Part shown: positions 42,038 through 51,499 of the stretch, in pieces
Layout: each line of letters begins with the position of its first letter
Numbering within the stretch: the stretch's first letter is position 1
Origin: Gemmatimonadaceae bacterium
GTDB taxonomy: Bacteria; Gemmatimonadota; Gemmatimonadetes; Gemmatimonadales; Gemmatimonadaceae
DNA length: 64,000 nt
Reading direction: 5' to 3'
NCBI GenBank assembly: GCA_051859245.1
Contig: JBHYGA010000001.1
Span: 1,597,722 to 1,661,721 of the forward strand
Translations under genes and position numbers: made by a program
The notes under the pieces: model-generated
Told to the model about the DNA's origin: nothing
The model's input: only the letters and a program-made list of their open reading frames with translations
Database searches by the model: none

Positions 42038-43084
42038 CTGTCCGCACGCGGCGGCAATGTCGAGGCCGCGGCTCTTTCGGATCGCAACTTCAACACCGCG
42101 CGCGCGGATCGCGCGCGAGAACGCCGCCATTCGCGACGCGGGTGTTGGATCAAAACCGAGCGAGCCACCGGGATGCAGCGGAATCAGATTCACGAACGCG
42201 CGACACTCACGCGCCAAGGTGGCGAGCATCGCGGCGTGCTCCGGATGATCGTTCACGCCATCGAGCATGACGTACTCAAACGTCACCCGCCGATCAAACT
42301 CGGCGGCCGCGCGAATCACATCAGACAGTGGATACTTGATGTTCACCGGCATCAGAGAACGACGCAGCTCGTCGCTTGGCGCGTGAATGGAAATTGCAAG
42401 ACGAAACTGTTCCTTGCGCGCAGCGAGCGCTTCGATTCCCGGTAGTACACCAACGGTGGAAATCGTAATGTGCCGCGCACCGATGCCGAGAGCGCGCGGG
42501 TCGTTCAGCAGCGTCAGCGTGCGGTCTACCGCACTCCAGTTCATGAGTGGTTCGCCCATGCCCATGAACACGATATTGGTGGCCAGCAATGGTGGCTCGA
42601 GCAGCCGCAGCTCTCGCACTTGTCCAGCGATTTCTGATGGTGTCAGGTTGCGCTGAAAACCCATGGCGCCAGTAGCGCAAAATGCGCACTGCAACGCGCA
42701 TCCGGCTTGCGACGAGATGCACAGTGTCAGGCGATTGCCTTCGGGAATCGCGACCGTTTCGATCGCCTGACCATCTGCCAACCGAAACAGAAACTTTTCG
42801 GTGCCGTCGCTCGATGTTTGCCGGGCCTGCAGTTCGAGGCGAGGCATCGTGTACTGCTCGGCGAGTTTCTGTCGCAGCGCCTTCGGCAACTCAGACATGT
42901 CCTCGAAGCTCGCAACGGGACGCTGCCACAAGCGCGCGAAAATCTGCGCGGCGCGGTAGCTCGCCTCGCCCTCGGCGGCGATAAACTGCGCGAGCTCGTC
43001 AAGCGCTTCGTCGGGCGCCAGATCAAGCAGATTCTTGACGCGCGAAACGTCGGAGTTCGGTGCCGAAGGTGCAGAAACGTTCAT
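41993..43084 (-). CDS. rlmN: Dual-specificity RNA methyltransferase RlmN
   Basis: DGTEKFL, CISSQAGCALQCAFCATG (radical SAM), FMGMGEP and DIAAACGQL. Confidence 0.96.
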   Translation of the reverse strand: MNVSAPSAPNSDVSRVKNLLDLAPDEALDELAQFIAAEGEASYRAAQIFARLWQRPVASFEDMSELPKALRQKLAEQYTMPRLELQARQTSSDGTEKFLFRLADGQAIETVAIPEGNRLTLCISSQAGCALQCAFCATGAMGFQRNLTPSEIAGQVRELRLLEPPLLATNIVFMGMGEPLMNWSAVDRTLTLLNDPRALGIGARHITISTVGVLPGIEALAARKEQFRLAISIHAPSDELRRSLMPVNIKYPLSDVIRAAAEFDRRVTFEYVMLDGVNDHPEHAAMLATLARECRAFVNLIPLHPGGSLGFDPTPASRMAAFSRAIRARGVEVAIRKSRGLDIAAACGQLRTERLGRRLPVAS

Positions 43085-43095
43085 CACGTGATCGA

Positions 43096-44019
43096 TTATT
43101 TGCCAAACGAACTGAAGGTGAACTGATACATCGGGCCGAGGCCAACGGACGCGTCTTCACGTCCAATACCCACCACAAATCGCGCCAGATACAGCGATAC
43201 CGAAAACCGGGTCCGCGTGATCCGCACGTCGCCGCTCCAGACTGTTGGTACGGCGGCCCGTGCCTCAATCGGTCCAAGTCGTCCGCTCATGAACGGCCCC
43301 AGTTCACGCGATGTGCGATCACGCTGTCCGCGCGTGGCCGATTGACCGGCCACACCGAGTCGAGCCTCGCCGAGTGACGACGAGCCAACCAGTCGTGCGT
43401 CGGTCGCGATGGTAATGAGCGGTCGATCTTCGGCTTCGCGCCCCGGCCGCCAGAGAAATGTACCAGCGGCAAGGCGGAAGTCGCGCCACGGCGCGTGGTG
43501 CACCAGCGCACCGATATCGGCCGCGAGCGCACTGCGCACATCCCGCTCCGCGCGTCCCTGTCGCAGCCGCGCGGCCACGCCCGCGGTCAGCCATGAGGTG
43601 ATCGGTCGGGCCACGGAGAGCGATCCCAGCAAACTCTCGTACGGCAGCGATCCCAGACTCTGCGGATCTGTGTCCGTCCTCACCAAATCCCCGACCGCGG
43701 CCCGTGCGATTGAGACGCCAATGGACACGCCGCTCGTCCGTTGCCAGGCCACTCCTAGTAACTGGCCCTCAACGCCTTGGTCGGCACCGGTGGAGAGTGA
43801 CGCGACGCCGGCTCGCCAGCGCATTCCCTCTGGTAGCGCCATCATGGCCGGATTCCACAGTCCAACGCCGGCCTCGGCCGCCAGTGCGGCCGGCGCACCG
43901 ACCGCTCCAAGCGGAAAGTCCCAGAGATCGCGGGCGGGGACGGGCTGCGCTTCCGCCGACGACACTCCGGGGAGTGCGGCAACGATCACGGCAAGCCCGC
44001 ACAAGAGCTTGCGGCGCAT
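43096..44019 (-). CDS. Secreted/outer-membrane beta-barrel protein (FadL/PorV-like NPA motif), function unknown
   Basis: Signal peptide (AEA-Q), WNPA motif, alternating beta-strand pattern and C-terminal YQFTFSSF. Confidence 0.6.
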   Translation of the reverse strand: MRRKLLCGLAVIVAALPGVSSAEAQPVPARDLWDFPLGAVGAPAALAAEAGVGLWNPAMMALPEGMRWRAGVASLSTGADQGVEGQLLGVAWQRTSGVSIGVSIARAAVGDLVRTDTDPQSLGSLPYESLLGSLSVARPITSWLTAGVAARLRQGRAERDVRSALAADIGALVHHAPWRDFRLAAGTFLWRPGREAEDRPLITIATDARLVGSSSLGEARLGVAGQSATRGQRDRTSRELGPFMSGRLGPIEARAAVPTVWSGDVRITRTRFSVSLYLARFVVGIGREDASVGLGPMYQFTFSSFGK

Positions 44020-44055
44020 GCAGTTGACCATAAGCGAGCTACGTCACGCGGGCAA
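44020..44055 (-). promoter_or_regulatory. Putative leaderless sigma70 promoter of the beta-barrel gene
   Basis: TTGCCC(44055-44050)-N17-TATGGT(44032-44027)-N7-ATG(44019). Confidence 0.55.
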
Positions 44056-44104
44056 GCAAATCGCTTCCGTCATACTCTCCCGGACGTTAGGTTCCAGAAC
44101 ACGC

Positions 44105-44575
44105 ATGTTACCCGGGATACTGTTGCCAGTCGCCGACTTACTTACGCTCGAACGGATCACGGTACCAAGCTCGGCGTCGAATAAAGACGCGGTGCTGGCC
44201 GAGCTTGTGGCCCTTGCGGTGCCCGAGGGTCCGGAGCGGGACGGCTTACTGGCGGAGGTGCGGAAGCGCGAAGCGCGTTTTACCACCGCCCTGGGAGACG
44301 GCATCGCGTTACCACACGCACGTAGCGAGTTTGTGAGTGCACTGCATTTGTCGGCCACTCGGCTCGCGTCGCCGGTGCCGTTTGACGCCGTCGACGGCAC
44401 GCCCGTGGAGCTTGCGTTTCTTGTGGTGTCGCCGTCCAACGCGCCGGGAGCGCATCTCGAATCGCTGCGTGCGCTGTCGCAACTCTTTCAGAATCCGCGC
44501 GTGATTGCTGATCTGAAACTGGCCGCCACCCCCGAAGAATTCCTGCGCACGTTGCGACTGGCGGAGGCGAGCTGA
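44105..44575 (+). CDS. Second stand-alone PTS EIIA (Ntr/Fru-type) protein
   Basis: REARFTTALGDGIALPHAR and PFDAVDGTPV..FL; start uncertain. Confidence 0.88.
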   Translation: MLPGILLPVADLLTLERITVPSSASNKDAVLAELVALAVPEGPERDGLLAEVRKREARFTTALGDGIALPHARSEFVSALHLSATRLASPVPFDAVDGTPVELAFLVVSPSNAPGAHLESLRALSQLFQNPRVIADLKLAATPEEFLRTLRLAEAS

Positions 44576-44641
44576 TTTCATCGGTGTTGCTGTGCGCCGT
44601 TGACGCGTCCGCGTTAACGGTGTTGTGCTGACCCTGTGTAT

Positions 44642-44685
44642 GGCACGGTGCCGAGCGTTCTGCTCACCGTTGCCTTTTCGTTTTT
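44642..44685 (+). terminator. Intrinsic terminator between EIIA and aspS
   Basis: GGCACGGTG...CACCG(T)TGCC stem followed by TTTTCGTTTTT. Confidence 0.65.
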
Positions 44686-44712
44686 CGGCGCCGCTGCGCC
44701 CGGAGAGAGTAC

Positions 44713-46530
44713 GTGAGCGTGTCGGTTTCTGAGTTGCAGTCATCGGTATTGGCGACCTCAATGCGCACGCACACGTGCGGCAGCTTGACGGCGGAGCACG
44801 TCGGTCAGCAGGTACGGCTCGGTGGTTGGGTGCATCGGAGCCGCGATCTTGGCGGCTTGGTGTTCCTCGATCTGCGCGACCGCACGGGCGTGGTACAGCT
44901 TGCGTTCGGGCCGGCATGGTCTGATGCGAATACGCTCACCGCGGCCGCGGCCGTTGGAGTTGAGTCGGTGATTGTGATCGAAGGCACCGTGGTCGCGCGC
45001 GCCGAGCAACAGCGAAACGCCGACATCTCCACCGGTGATATCGACGTACAGGTCACATCAGTGCGCGTGGTGGGAGTCGCGAGCACGCCGGCGTTTCCCG
45101 TCGCTCCCGCCAAGGGCGACAAGCTACCCGCCGAAGAACTGCGCCTGCGCCATCGGTATCTGGATCTCCGACGTGCAGACTTGCAGCGCAATCTCATGCT
45201 GCGTCACAAACTCACGCAGGCCACACGCCGGTTTCTTGACACGCGCGGGTTCCTTGAGCTTGAGACGCCGATTCTCACCAAGCCCACGCCCGAAGGGGCA
45301 CGCGATTATCTCGTGCCCAGTCGCGTGCATCCCGGTGAGTTCTACGCGCTGCCGCAGTCGCCGCAGATCTACAAGCAGCTGTTCATGTGCGCCGGCTACG
45401 ATCGCTACTTCCAGATCGCGCGTTGCTTTCGTGACGAAGATCTGCGCGCCGACCGCCAGCCGGAGTTCACCCAGATTGACATCGAAGCGTCGTTCGTGGG
45501 TCAGCAAGACATTCTGTCACACGCCGAAGCGCTCATCGCCGAGCTGTGGAAAACGGCCGGTGTTCCGGCGCAGTCACCGTTTCCACGCATGACATACGCG
45601 CATGCCATGGAGCACTACGGCTGCGATCGACCCGACCTTCGCTACGGGCTCGAACTGCATGACGTGACGCACGTGTTTGCGGCGAGTGAGCTGTCGTTTG
45701 TGCAGGCCGCGATTGCACGCGGCGAACGCGTGCGAGGCTTGCGCGTGCCCGGCGGCGCCGCCATGTCGCGCAAGCAGACGGACGATCTTGAAATTGTTGC
45801 CAAGAGCGCGGGCGCGAGTGGACTAATTGTTGTGAAACGCACAGACACGGGACTCGACGGCAAAGTGGCCAAGTTTCTTTCGGCCGACGCTGGAGACCTG
45901 CTCGGACTGGCCGTTGGTGAAGTTGGCTTGTATGTCGCCGCTCCGGATCACGTAGCATCACCCGCGCTTGATCGGGTGCGTCAGGCGGTGGCACAGCGAT
46001 TGGACTTGATTCCCGCAAACGTGCACGCGTTTGTGGTGGTCACGGATTTTCCGATGTTCGAGAAGGATCCGAACACTGGTGCGCTCGGGGCTGTGCATCA
46101 CCCGTTCACGGCGCCCAATCCCGAAGATCTTGCGCTGCTCGACTCGGCGCCTGAACGCGCACGCGCGCTCGCGTACGACATCGTGTACGACGGACTCGAA
46201 TTGGGTGGCGGCAGCATTCGTATCAGTGACTCGGCACTCCAGGCGCGAATTTTTGGCTTGCTCGGCATTGATGAGGCCACGGCGCAGGCACGCTTTGGGT
46301 TCTTGCTCGAAGCGTTGCGCGCTGGTGCGCCTCCGCACGGGGGCATTGCATTCGGTCTGGATCGCATCACGATGCTGCTCGCGGGCGCCACGTCACTTCG
46401 TGATGTGATTGCATTTCCCAAGACCACTGCCGCGCGCGCACTGTTCGAAGGCGCGCCATCACCGGTGCCAGCCGCTGATCTGCTCGACCTATCATTGGCT
46501 GTGGCAAGCCGCCCAGGTGCAAGTGCATGA
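44713..46530 (+). CDS. aspS: Aspartate--tRNA ligase
   Basis: MRTHTCG, RDLGGLVF, PEGARDYLVPSR, ALPQSPQ, FRDEDLRADRQPEF and PPHGGIA.GLDR; alternative start at the ATG at 44761. Confidence 0.97.
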   Translation: MSVSVSELQSSVLATSMRTHTCGSLTAEHVGQQVRLGGWVHRSRDLGGLVFLDLRDRTGVVQLAFGPAWSDANTLTAAAAVGVESVIVIEGTVVARAEQQRNADISTGDIDVQVTSVRVVGVASTPAFPVAPAKGDKLPAEELRLRHRYLDLRRADLQRNLMLRHKLTQATRRFLDTRGFLELETPILTKPTPEGARDYLVPSRVHPGEFYALPQSPQIYKQLFMCAGYDRYFQIARCFRDEDLRADRQPEFTQIDIEASFVGQQDILSHAEALIAELWKTAGVPAQSPFPRMTYAHAMEHYGCDRPDLRYGLELHDVTHVFAASELSFVQAAIARGERVRGLRVPGGAAMSRKQTDDLEIVAKSAGASGLIVVKRTDTGLDGKVAKFLSADAGDLLGLAVGEVGLYVAAPDHVASPALDRVRQAVAQRLDLIPANVHAFVVVTDFPMFEKDPNTGALGAVHHPFTAPNPEDLALLDSAPERARALAYDIVYDGLELGGGSIRISDSALQARIFGLLGIDEATAQARFGFLLEALRAGAPPHGGIAFGLDRITMLLAGATSLRDVIAFPKTTAARALFEGAPSPVPAADLLDLSLAVASRPGASA

Positions 46531-47483
46531 CAGGACCCGTTACCACAATTCGCGTTCCGATTGAAGGGGTTGATCAACTCGCACTCGCGGGCGTCAACGA
46601 CGCGAACCTCGTCGAGTTGGCCAAAATTTCCGGAACGCGCGTGGCGCTGCGCGGTGATTCGCTCACCGTCACCGGCGATCCGGATACGGCCATGCGCGGC
46701 GAAGCGATTGCGCTCGGGATGGTGGCAACCGTGCGCGAGGGACACACGCTGTCGCCAGACGACGTACTGCGACTGAGCCTCGAGCAGCGACCGGAGGATC
46801 AGGCCGCGCGTGCTAATGGCGCACTTGTGCTGCCCGGCGCCAAGCGGGTGGTGAAAGCGAAGACGCCCGGACAGGCCGAATACATGAAGGAAATTCTCGA
46901 ACACGACATTGTGGTCGGGATTGGACCCGCGGGCACAGGCAAAACGTATCTGGCCGTCGCCGCTGCCGTCGATGCGCTTATGCGCAAACGCGTGCGACGC
47001 ATTGTCCTGGCGCGACCGGCAGTAGAAGCGGGTGAAAACCTCGGCTTTCTGCCTGGCGATATGCAGGCCAAAGTTGATCCGTATTTGCGTCCACTGTACG
47101 ACGCACTTGATGATCTGATGCCGTTTGATCGAATTCAGAAAGCCATCGAATCGCGCACGATTGAAGTGGCACCGCTCGCGTTTATGCGTGGACGCACACT
47201 CGGCGATGCCTTCGTCATTCTGGACGAAGCGCAGAACGCCACGCATTTGCAGATGAAGATGTTTCTCACGCGACTGGGCGTGAACTCCAAGATCGTCATT
47301 ACCGGCGACAAAACGCAGGTCGATCTGCCCAAGCGCGAAGAGTCAGGTCTGATGCAGATCGAACGCATTTTGCACGGAATCGAAGGCATCAAGTTCCACT
47401 ACTTCACCGAAGCGGACGTCGTGCGGCATCGGTTGGTGCGCGACATCATCCGTGCCTATAACGAGGATGCCGCAGGCGGCTGA
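46527..47483 (+). CDS. phoH: PhoH-family ATPase
   Basis: GPAGTGKTYLA, RPAVEAGE.LGFLPG, MRGRTL and DEAQN. Confidence 0.95.
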   Translation: MTGPVTTIRVPIEGVDQLALAGVNDANLVELAKISGTRVALRGDSLTVTGDPDTAMRGEAIALGMVATVREGHTLSPDDVLRLSLEQRPEDQAARANGALVLPGAKRVVKAKTPGQAEYMKEILEHDIVVGIGPAGTGKTYLAVAAAVDALMRKRVRRIVLARPAVEAGENLGFLPGDMQAKVDPYLRPLYDALDDLMPFDRIQKAIESRTIEVAPLAFMRGRTLGDAFVILDEAQNATHLQMKMFLTRLGVNSKIVITGDKTQVDLPKREESGLMQIERILHGIEGIKFHYFTEADVVRHRLVRDIIRAYNEDAAGG

Positions 47484-49713
47484 GCCTCCGATACCGGCGC
47501 GCGATGATGCGTCGGTGACTCCGGTGCGCGGCGCGTTTTTGCGTCATGCACCGGGGCTGTTGCTGGCTATCGGTCTCGCGATGTGCACGGTGTTGCTGCT
47601 ACCGCCGGGTGAAGGGTTTCGAACGCCGGTGTACGACATTGGCAGTGTCGCGGACGAAACCGTCATCGCGCCGTTTGCTTTTCAGGTCCCACGTCCAGCC
47701 GCTGATGTGGCACGAGAGCGAGAGCGACTGGCGGCCGCTGTACCACCGGTGTTCGCGTTCGATAGCACCGCGATCGATTCGGTTCGGGCACGCCTGACGG
47801 CATTCGCGGCCGCGCTCGACAGTATTCGACCGCGTGATGTGCCGGCCGAGAAAGATTCCGCGGCGGCGCAGGTGACCGCCATCGGCGAGCGTTTTGGTGT
47901 GGCGCTCACTACCGCGGAGTCGGAGTGGCTGGCGTTTCCAAGTCGGCGCGCCGCGGCACTGTCGGCGGTGCGACGGGCGTTCGAGCGTACATTACCTGAC
48001 GGTGTTGCAGCCTCACGTGCGCTCGACGGCGTGAGTACGACCATGCGCATTCAACGCGGCGGCAACGAACGCACCGTGCGAAGTGATGCCGTGGCCTCGT
48101 GGAGCGATGTGCTGCGCGCCGCGCGGCTACTGCATCCAGATGCATCGTCGGCGGTTGCTGATGGTGCGTATCAGCGCCTGCTGAGCGCGCTGTTCATTCC
48201 ATCGCTTCGTTTTGACAGCGTGACAACCGACGCGCGGCGTGCAGACGCCGTTGCGCGCGTGCAACCGTGGCGCTTTGAAGTGCGCAGCGGCGAGAAGATC
48301 ATCGGCGCGCATGAAGTGGTGCGCGAGGAGGATCGCGCACGACTCGAAGCATTGCGTGACGTCACGCTCGCCGGCACGTCGTTCGCCAATCAGTCGGTGC
48401 GTACGCTGGGCACGTTCCTCCTGAATCTTGCGGTCATCGCGATCTTCGTGGTGACACTCGCGTTCTATCGCCCCGAGATCTACACTCGCCCGCGTGCGCT
48501 CGCCGTCATTGCCGCGTGCGTGATTGTGGTTCTCATCGGTGCCGCCATGGCGCTCCGAGGCAGCAGCATGCCCGGTTCGTTGGTGCCGATCGGCGTGGCC
48601 GCGCTGCTCATCAGTATTCTGTTTGATTCGCGCATCGCGCTCGTGTGCGCGCTGGTACTCGCCGTGTTGCTCGGCGTGCAGCCTGCGTTTCGTGGCTCGC
48701 CGGTTTTGTTCTTTGTGCTTGCCGGTGGCGCCGCGGCAGCGTTCAGTGTGCGTGCACTGGAAAGACGTACGCAGTTCGTGTGGTCCATCGTGGCTGTGGC
48801 GGCTTCATACTCGGGCGCCGCAGTGATTTCCGCACTCGCCTTTGACTGGGCGTGGAGTGACGTGCTGCAGGCGTCCATCTTTGGCACGATGAACGCGGCG
48901 GTGTCGGTCGCACTGGCAATGGCGTTGCTTCCGCCAGCAGAAGAAGCCTGCGGTGTGGATACCTATGTGAAGTTGCTGGAATGGTCGGATCTCAACCGCC
49001 CGTTATTGCGGCGTCTGGCGGTGGAAGCGCCGGGCACGTGGGCGCATACGTTAGCGATGGCGAATCTCGTTGAGGCCGCGGCCCAGGCCATCGGGGCGAA
49101 CGCCTTACTCGCGCGCGTCGGCACGTATTATCACGATATCGGAAAACTCGGCAAGCCGGGTTACTTCGTGGAGAATCAGGCCAGCGGCCGCAACCCGCAC
49201 GACAAACTCAAGCCAGCCGCCAGCGCGTCGATCATTCGCAATCATGTACGCGACGGACTGGCCCTGGCAGCGCAAGCGAAGGTGCCGCGTTCCGTGCGTG
49301 CCTTCATTGCGGAGCATCATGGCACGGGGCCGATCACCTACTTTCTCGAGAAGGCACGCGAGCGCGACGCCTCGGTGCATCTCAGCGGCGAGTTCATGTA
49401 TCCGGGGCCGTCGCCACAGAGTGTGGAAACAGCGATCTGCATGCTCGCTGACGGCGTGGAAGCTGCGTCCCGCGTGCTGGTCTCTCCATCGGAGGAACGA
49501 TTGCGCGAAACTGTAGAAAAGATCGTGCGCGGTCGCATTGATGCGGGCCAGCTTCGCGACGCGCCGATTACATTGCAACAGTTGGAAACCGTCAAATCGG
49601 AGTTTGTGCGCGTGCTGCTGGCTACGCGGCACGGTCGCATAGACTATCCAGGTCCCGAAGGTATCAGCGCTGGAGCGCGCACTGATCCGTCGTTGCCTGC
49701 CTTCTCAGCCTGA
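47467..49713 (+). CDS. 7TM-HD (HDIG) membrane phosphohydrolase, PgpH-like
   Basis: TM, large extracytoplasmic domain, about 7 TM, then APGT..H, YYHDIGK, F.ENQ, NPHD, EHHGT, YPGP.PQ and MLAD.VEA; usual phoH-ybeY context. Confidence 0.9.
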   Translation: MPQAAEPPIPARDDASVTPVRGAFLRHAPGLLLAIGLAMCTVLLLPPGEGFRTPVYDIGSVADETVIAPFAFQVPRPAADVARERERLAAAVPPVFAFDSTAIDSVRARLTAFAAALDSIRPRDVPAEKDSAAAQVTAIGERFGVALTTAESEWLAFPSRRAAALSAVRRAFERTLPDGVAASRALDGVSTTMRIQRGGNERTVRSDAVASWSDVLRAARLLHPDASSAVADGAYQRLLSALFIPSLRFDSVTTDARRADAVARVQPWRFEVRSGEKIIGAHEVVREEDRARLEALRDVTLAGTSFANQSVRTLGTFLLNLAVIAIFVVTLAFYRPEIYTRPRALAVIAACVIVVLIGAAMALRGSSMPGSLVPIGVAALLISILFDSRIALVCALVLAVLLGVQPAFRGSPVLFFVLAGGAAAAFSVRALERRTQFVWSIVAVAASYSGAAVISALAFDWAWSDVLQASIFGTMNAAVSVALAMALLPPAEEACGVDTYVKLLEWSDLNRPLLRRLAVEAPGTWAHTLAMANLVEAAAQAIGANALLARVGTYYHDIGKLGKPGYFVENQASGRNPHDKLKPAASASIIRNHVRDGLALAAQAKVPRSVRAFIAEHHGTGPITYFLEKARERDASVHLSGEFMYPGPSPQSVETAICMLADGVEAASRVLVSPSEERLRETVEKIVRGRIDAGQLRDAPITLQQLETVKSEFVRVLLATRHGRIDYPGPEGISAGARTDPSLPAFSA

Positions 49714-50228
49714 TGCGCACTCATTCTTCCCGAAACGCCAACGCAACGCGTGCGGTCACACGTGTGCCGAAAGTTGAAGCACACACCGTGCACGTCTCTT
49801 TGGACGGCGTGCGTTCACCGATTGCGTCCATTCACCTGCAGACGCTTGCACGCGCGGTACTTGCGGCCGAGAAAGTGCCGCGTGCCATGCTGAGCATCAC
49901 ATTGGTGAGCTCGCGTGAAATGGCTCGATTGAATCGCCAACACCTCGGCCATCGCGGCGCGACCGACGTGATCACCTTCGCACTGGGCGACGACGGTTCC
50001 GGTGTGCTCGTGTCGGACATTTATATCTGCCCCGATGTCGCGCGCAAACAGGCCGCCGAGTGGAAGGTCGGTGTGCGCGACGAGATTGCGCGGCTGGTCG
50101 TGCACGGCGTGTTGCATTCGTGTGGGTGGGAGCATCCGGTTGATGAAACTCGTGAAGGGTCACCGATGTGGCAGCGTCAGGAGCGACTGTTGTCGCGCTG
50201 GCGTACGTCTCGCAGCGTTCGGGAATGA
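49713..50228 (+). CDS. ybeY: rRNA maturation endoribonuclease YbeY
   Basis: LNR..., TDVITF, DIYIC and HGVLHSCGWEH. Confidence 0.93.
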   Translation: MRTHSSRNANATRAVTRVPKVEAHTVHVSLDGVRSPIASIHLQTLARAVLAAEKVPRAMLSITLVSSREMARLNRQHLGHRGATDVITFALGDDGSGVLVSDIYICPDVARKQAAEWKVGVRDEIARLVVHGVLHSCGWEHPVDETREGSPMWQRQERLLSRWRTSRSVRE

Positions 50229-51499
50229 GCCTGCTCGCGTGGAGTATCGCGGTTGGCAGTAGTGCGTTAGCTGCGATCGCGGCCGTCGCCGACGGGGCGC
50301 TGCTTTCGGGCGTGCCCAGTCTTGCCACGCCAGATGGCGACATGGCAGCGCGCGCGTCAGCCGCACCAATGATCGGCCGTGCGCTGCCGGCACGTGAACG
50401 CGCGCATCGCGCGCTGGCGTTTCTGCGTGTGGCAGCGCATGGAATTACCGGCGGCGCAGTGGCCAGCGCGTTGTCGTTCAACGACGGTACGTGGGCCTTG
50501 CGCGCCACTGGACTCGTCGCGGCCGCAACCGCCGCCGTGTTATTGGCCGAAGCCGCGGCGCGGGCGCTCGGTGATATGCTCGGCGACACGGCTGCACATC
50601 GGCTCGCTCCGTTCATGCGTGTCGTGGAGCGGTTGCTCTCGCCAGTCGTATTTCTGGGTGGCTGGCTTGATGACGTGTTCGCGTCGGTGATCACGCCAAC
50701 GGAATCATCGGCCGATGCACGCGAAACCGCAGCGGAGCAGTTCCGGCAGGTGGTGGAAGCCGAGCCAACCGTGTCGCTCGTAACACGCGATCTGCTGCTT
50801 GGCGTGTTCGACTTTGGTGAGACGACGGTGAGTGATGTGATGGTCCCGCGCGTCGATATGGTGGCGATTGATCGCGAGACGCCATGGAATGAAGTCGTGG
50901 ATCGCGTGCGCAGCGCCCATCACTCCCGCATTCCGGTTTACGTCGACACCGTGGACGATATTGTGGGCGTGCTGTACGCCAAAGATCTGCTGAGTGCCGT
51001 GATTGCCGATGAAGAACCGGCCGCGGGCTGGCCTTCGCTGGTGCGCGAGGCACGCTACATCCCGTCCACCAAGCGCATTGCCGATCAGTTGCGTGATTTC
51101 AAGGCCTCGCACACGCACATTGCTGTGGTGGTCGACGAGTATGGCGGCACGGAAGGGATGGTCACCATTGAGGACATCCTCGAAGAACTCGTTGGTGAGA
51201 TTCGGGATGAGTATGATGATGAGGAGCGTGAGATCGCGTCCGAAGAAGGCGGCCGTTACTGGGTGTCTGGCCGACTCACACTGGATGAACTCTCCGACGC
51301 ACTTGATCACGATTTCCGTCGCGATGAAGTGAGCACCATTGGTGGGCTGATCTTCGAGTTGCTCGGCCGTGTCCCGCGCGCTGGCGAGTCAGTCGACATT
51401 GATGGGTTCCGTGTGATCGTGGAGCGTGTGGTGCGTCGCAAGGTAGAACGCGTCTTCCTGCAACGCCCCGTGACCAGCAACCGTGAGGATGCGGAATGA
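50225..51499 (+). CDS. Hemolysin/CorC family protein (CNNM-CBS-CorC)
   Basis: DVMVPRVD, HSRIPVY, VVVDEYGGTEG.VTIEDILEELVGEIRDEYD and a C-terminal CorC_HlyC domain. Confidence 0.9.
   Translation: MSLLAWSIAVGSSALAAIAAVADGALLSGVPSLATPDGDMAARASAAPMIGRALPARERAHRALAFLRVAAHGITGGAVASALSFNDGTWALRATGLVAAATAAVLLAEAAARALGDMLGDTAAHRLAPFMRVVERLLSPVVFLGGWLDDVFASVITPTESSADARETAAEQFRQVVEAEPTVSLVTRDLLLGVFDFGETTVSDVMVPRVDMVAIDRETPWNEVVDRVRSAHHSRIPVYVDTVDDIVGVLYAKDLLSAVIADEEPAAGWPSLVREARYIPSTKRIADQLRDFKASHTHIAVVVDEYGGTEGMVTIEDILEELVGEIRDEYDDEEREIASEEGGRYWVSGRLTLDELSDALDHDFRRDEVSTIGGLIFELLGRVPRAGESVDIDGFRVIVERVVRRKVERVFLQRPVTSNREDAE

Noticed and set aside
43409..44104. Long N-terminal extensions in the ORF track (43409 EIIA; also 9475 guaA, 24590-25735 pssA, 34102 trpC, 35428 trpB, 60438 susC)
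   Set aside because: The extensions overlap neighbouring genes or precede the signal peptide and lack family motifs, so starts were moved downstream.
44576..44712. Canonical T-box riboswitch before aspS
   Set aside because: The region is too short and lacks Stem I AG/GNUG motifs and the GGTGGNACC consensus; kept only as a weak attenuator candidate.
44713..46530. Non-discriminating AspRS
   Set aside because: The anticodon-domain motif reads RDLGG rather than the RDHGG typical of non-discriminating enzymes; suggestive only.
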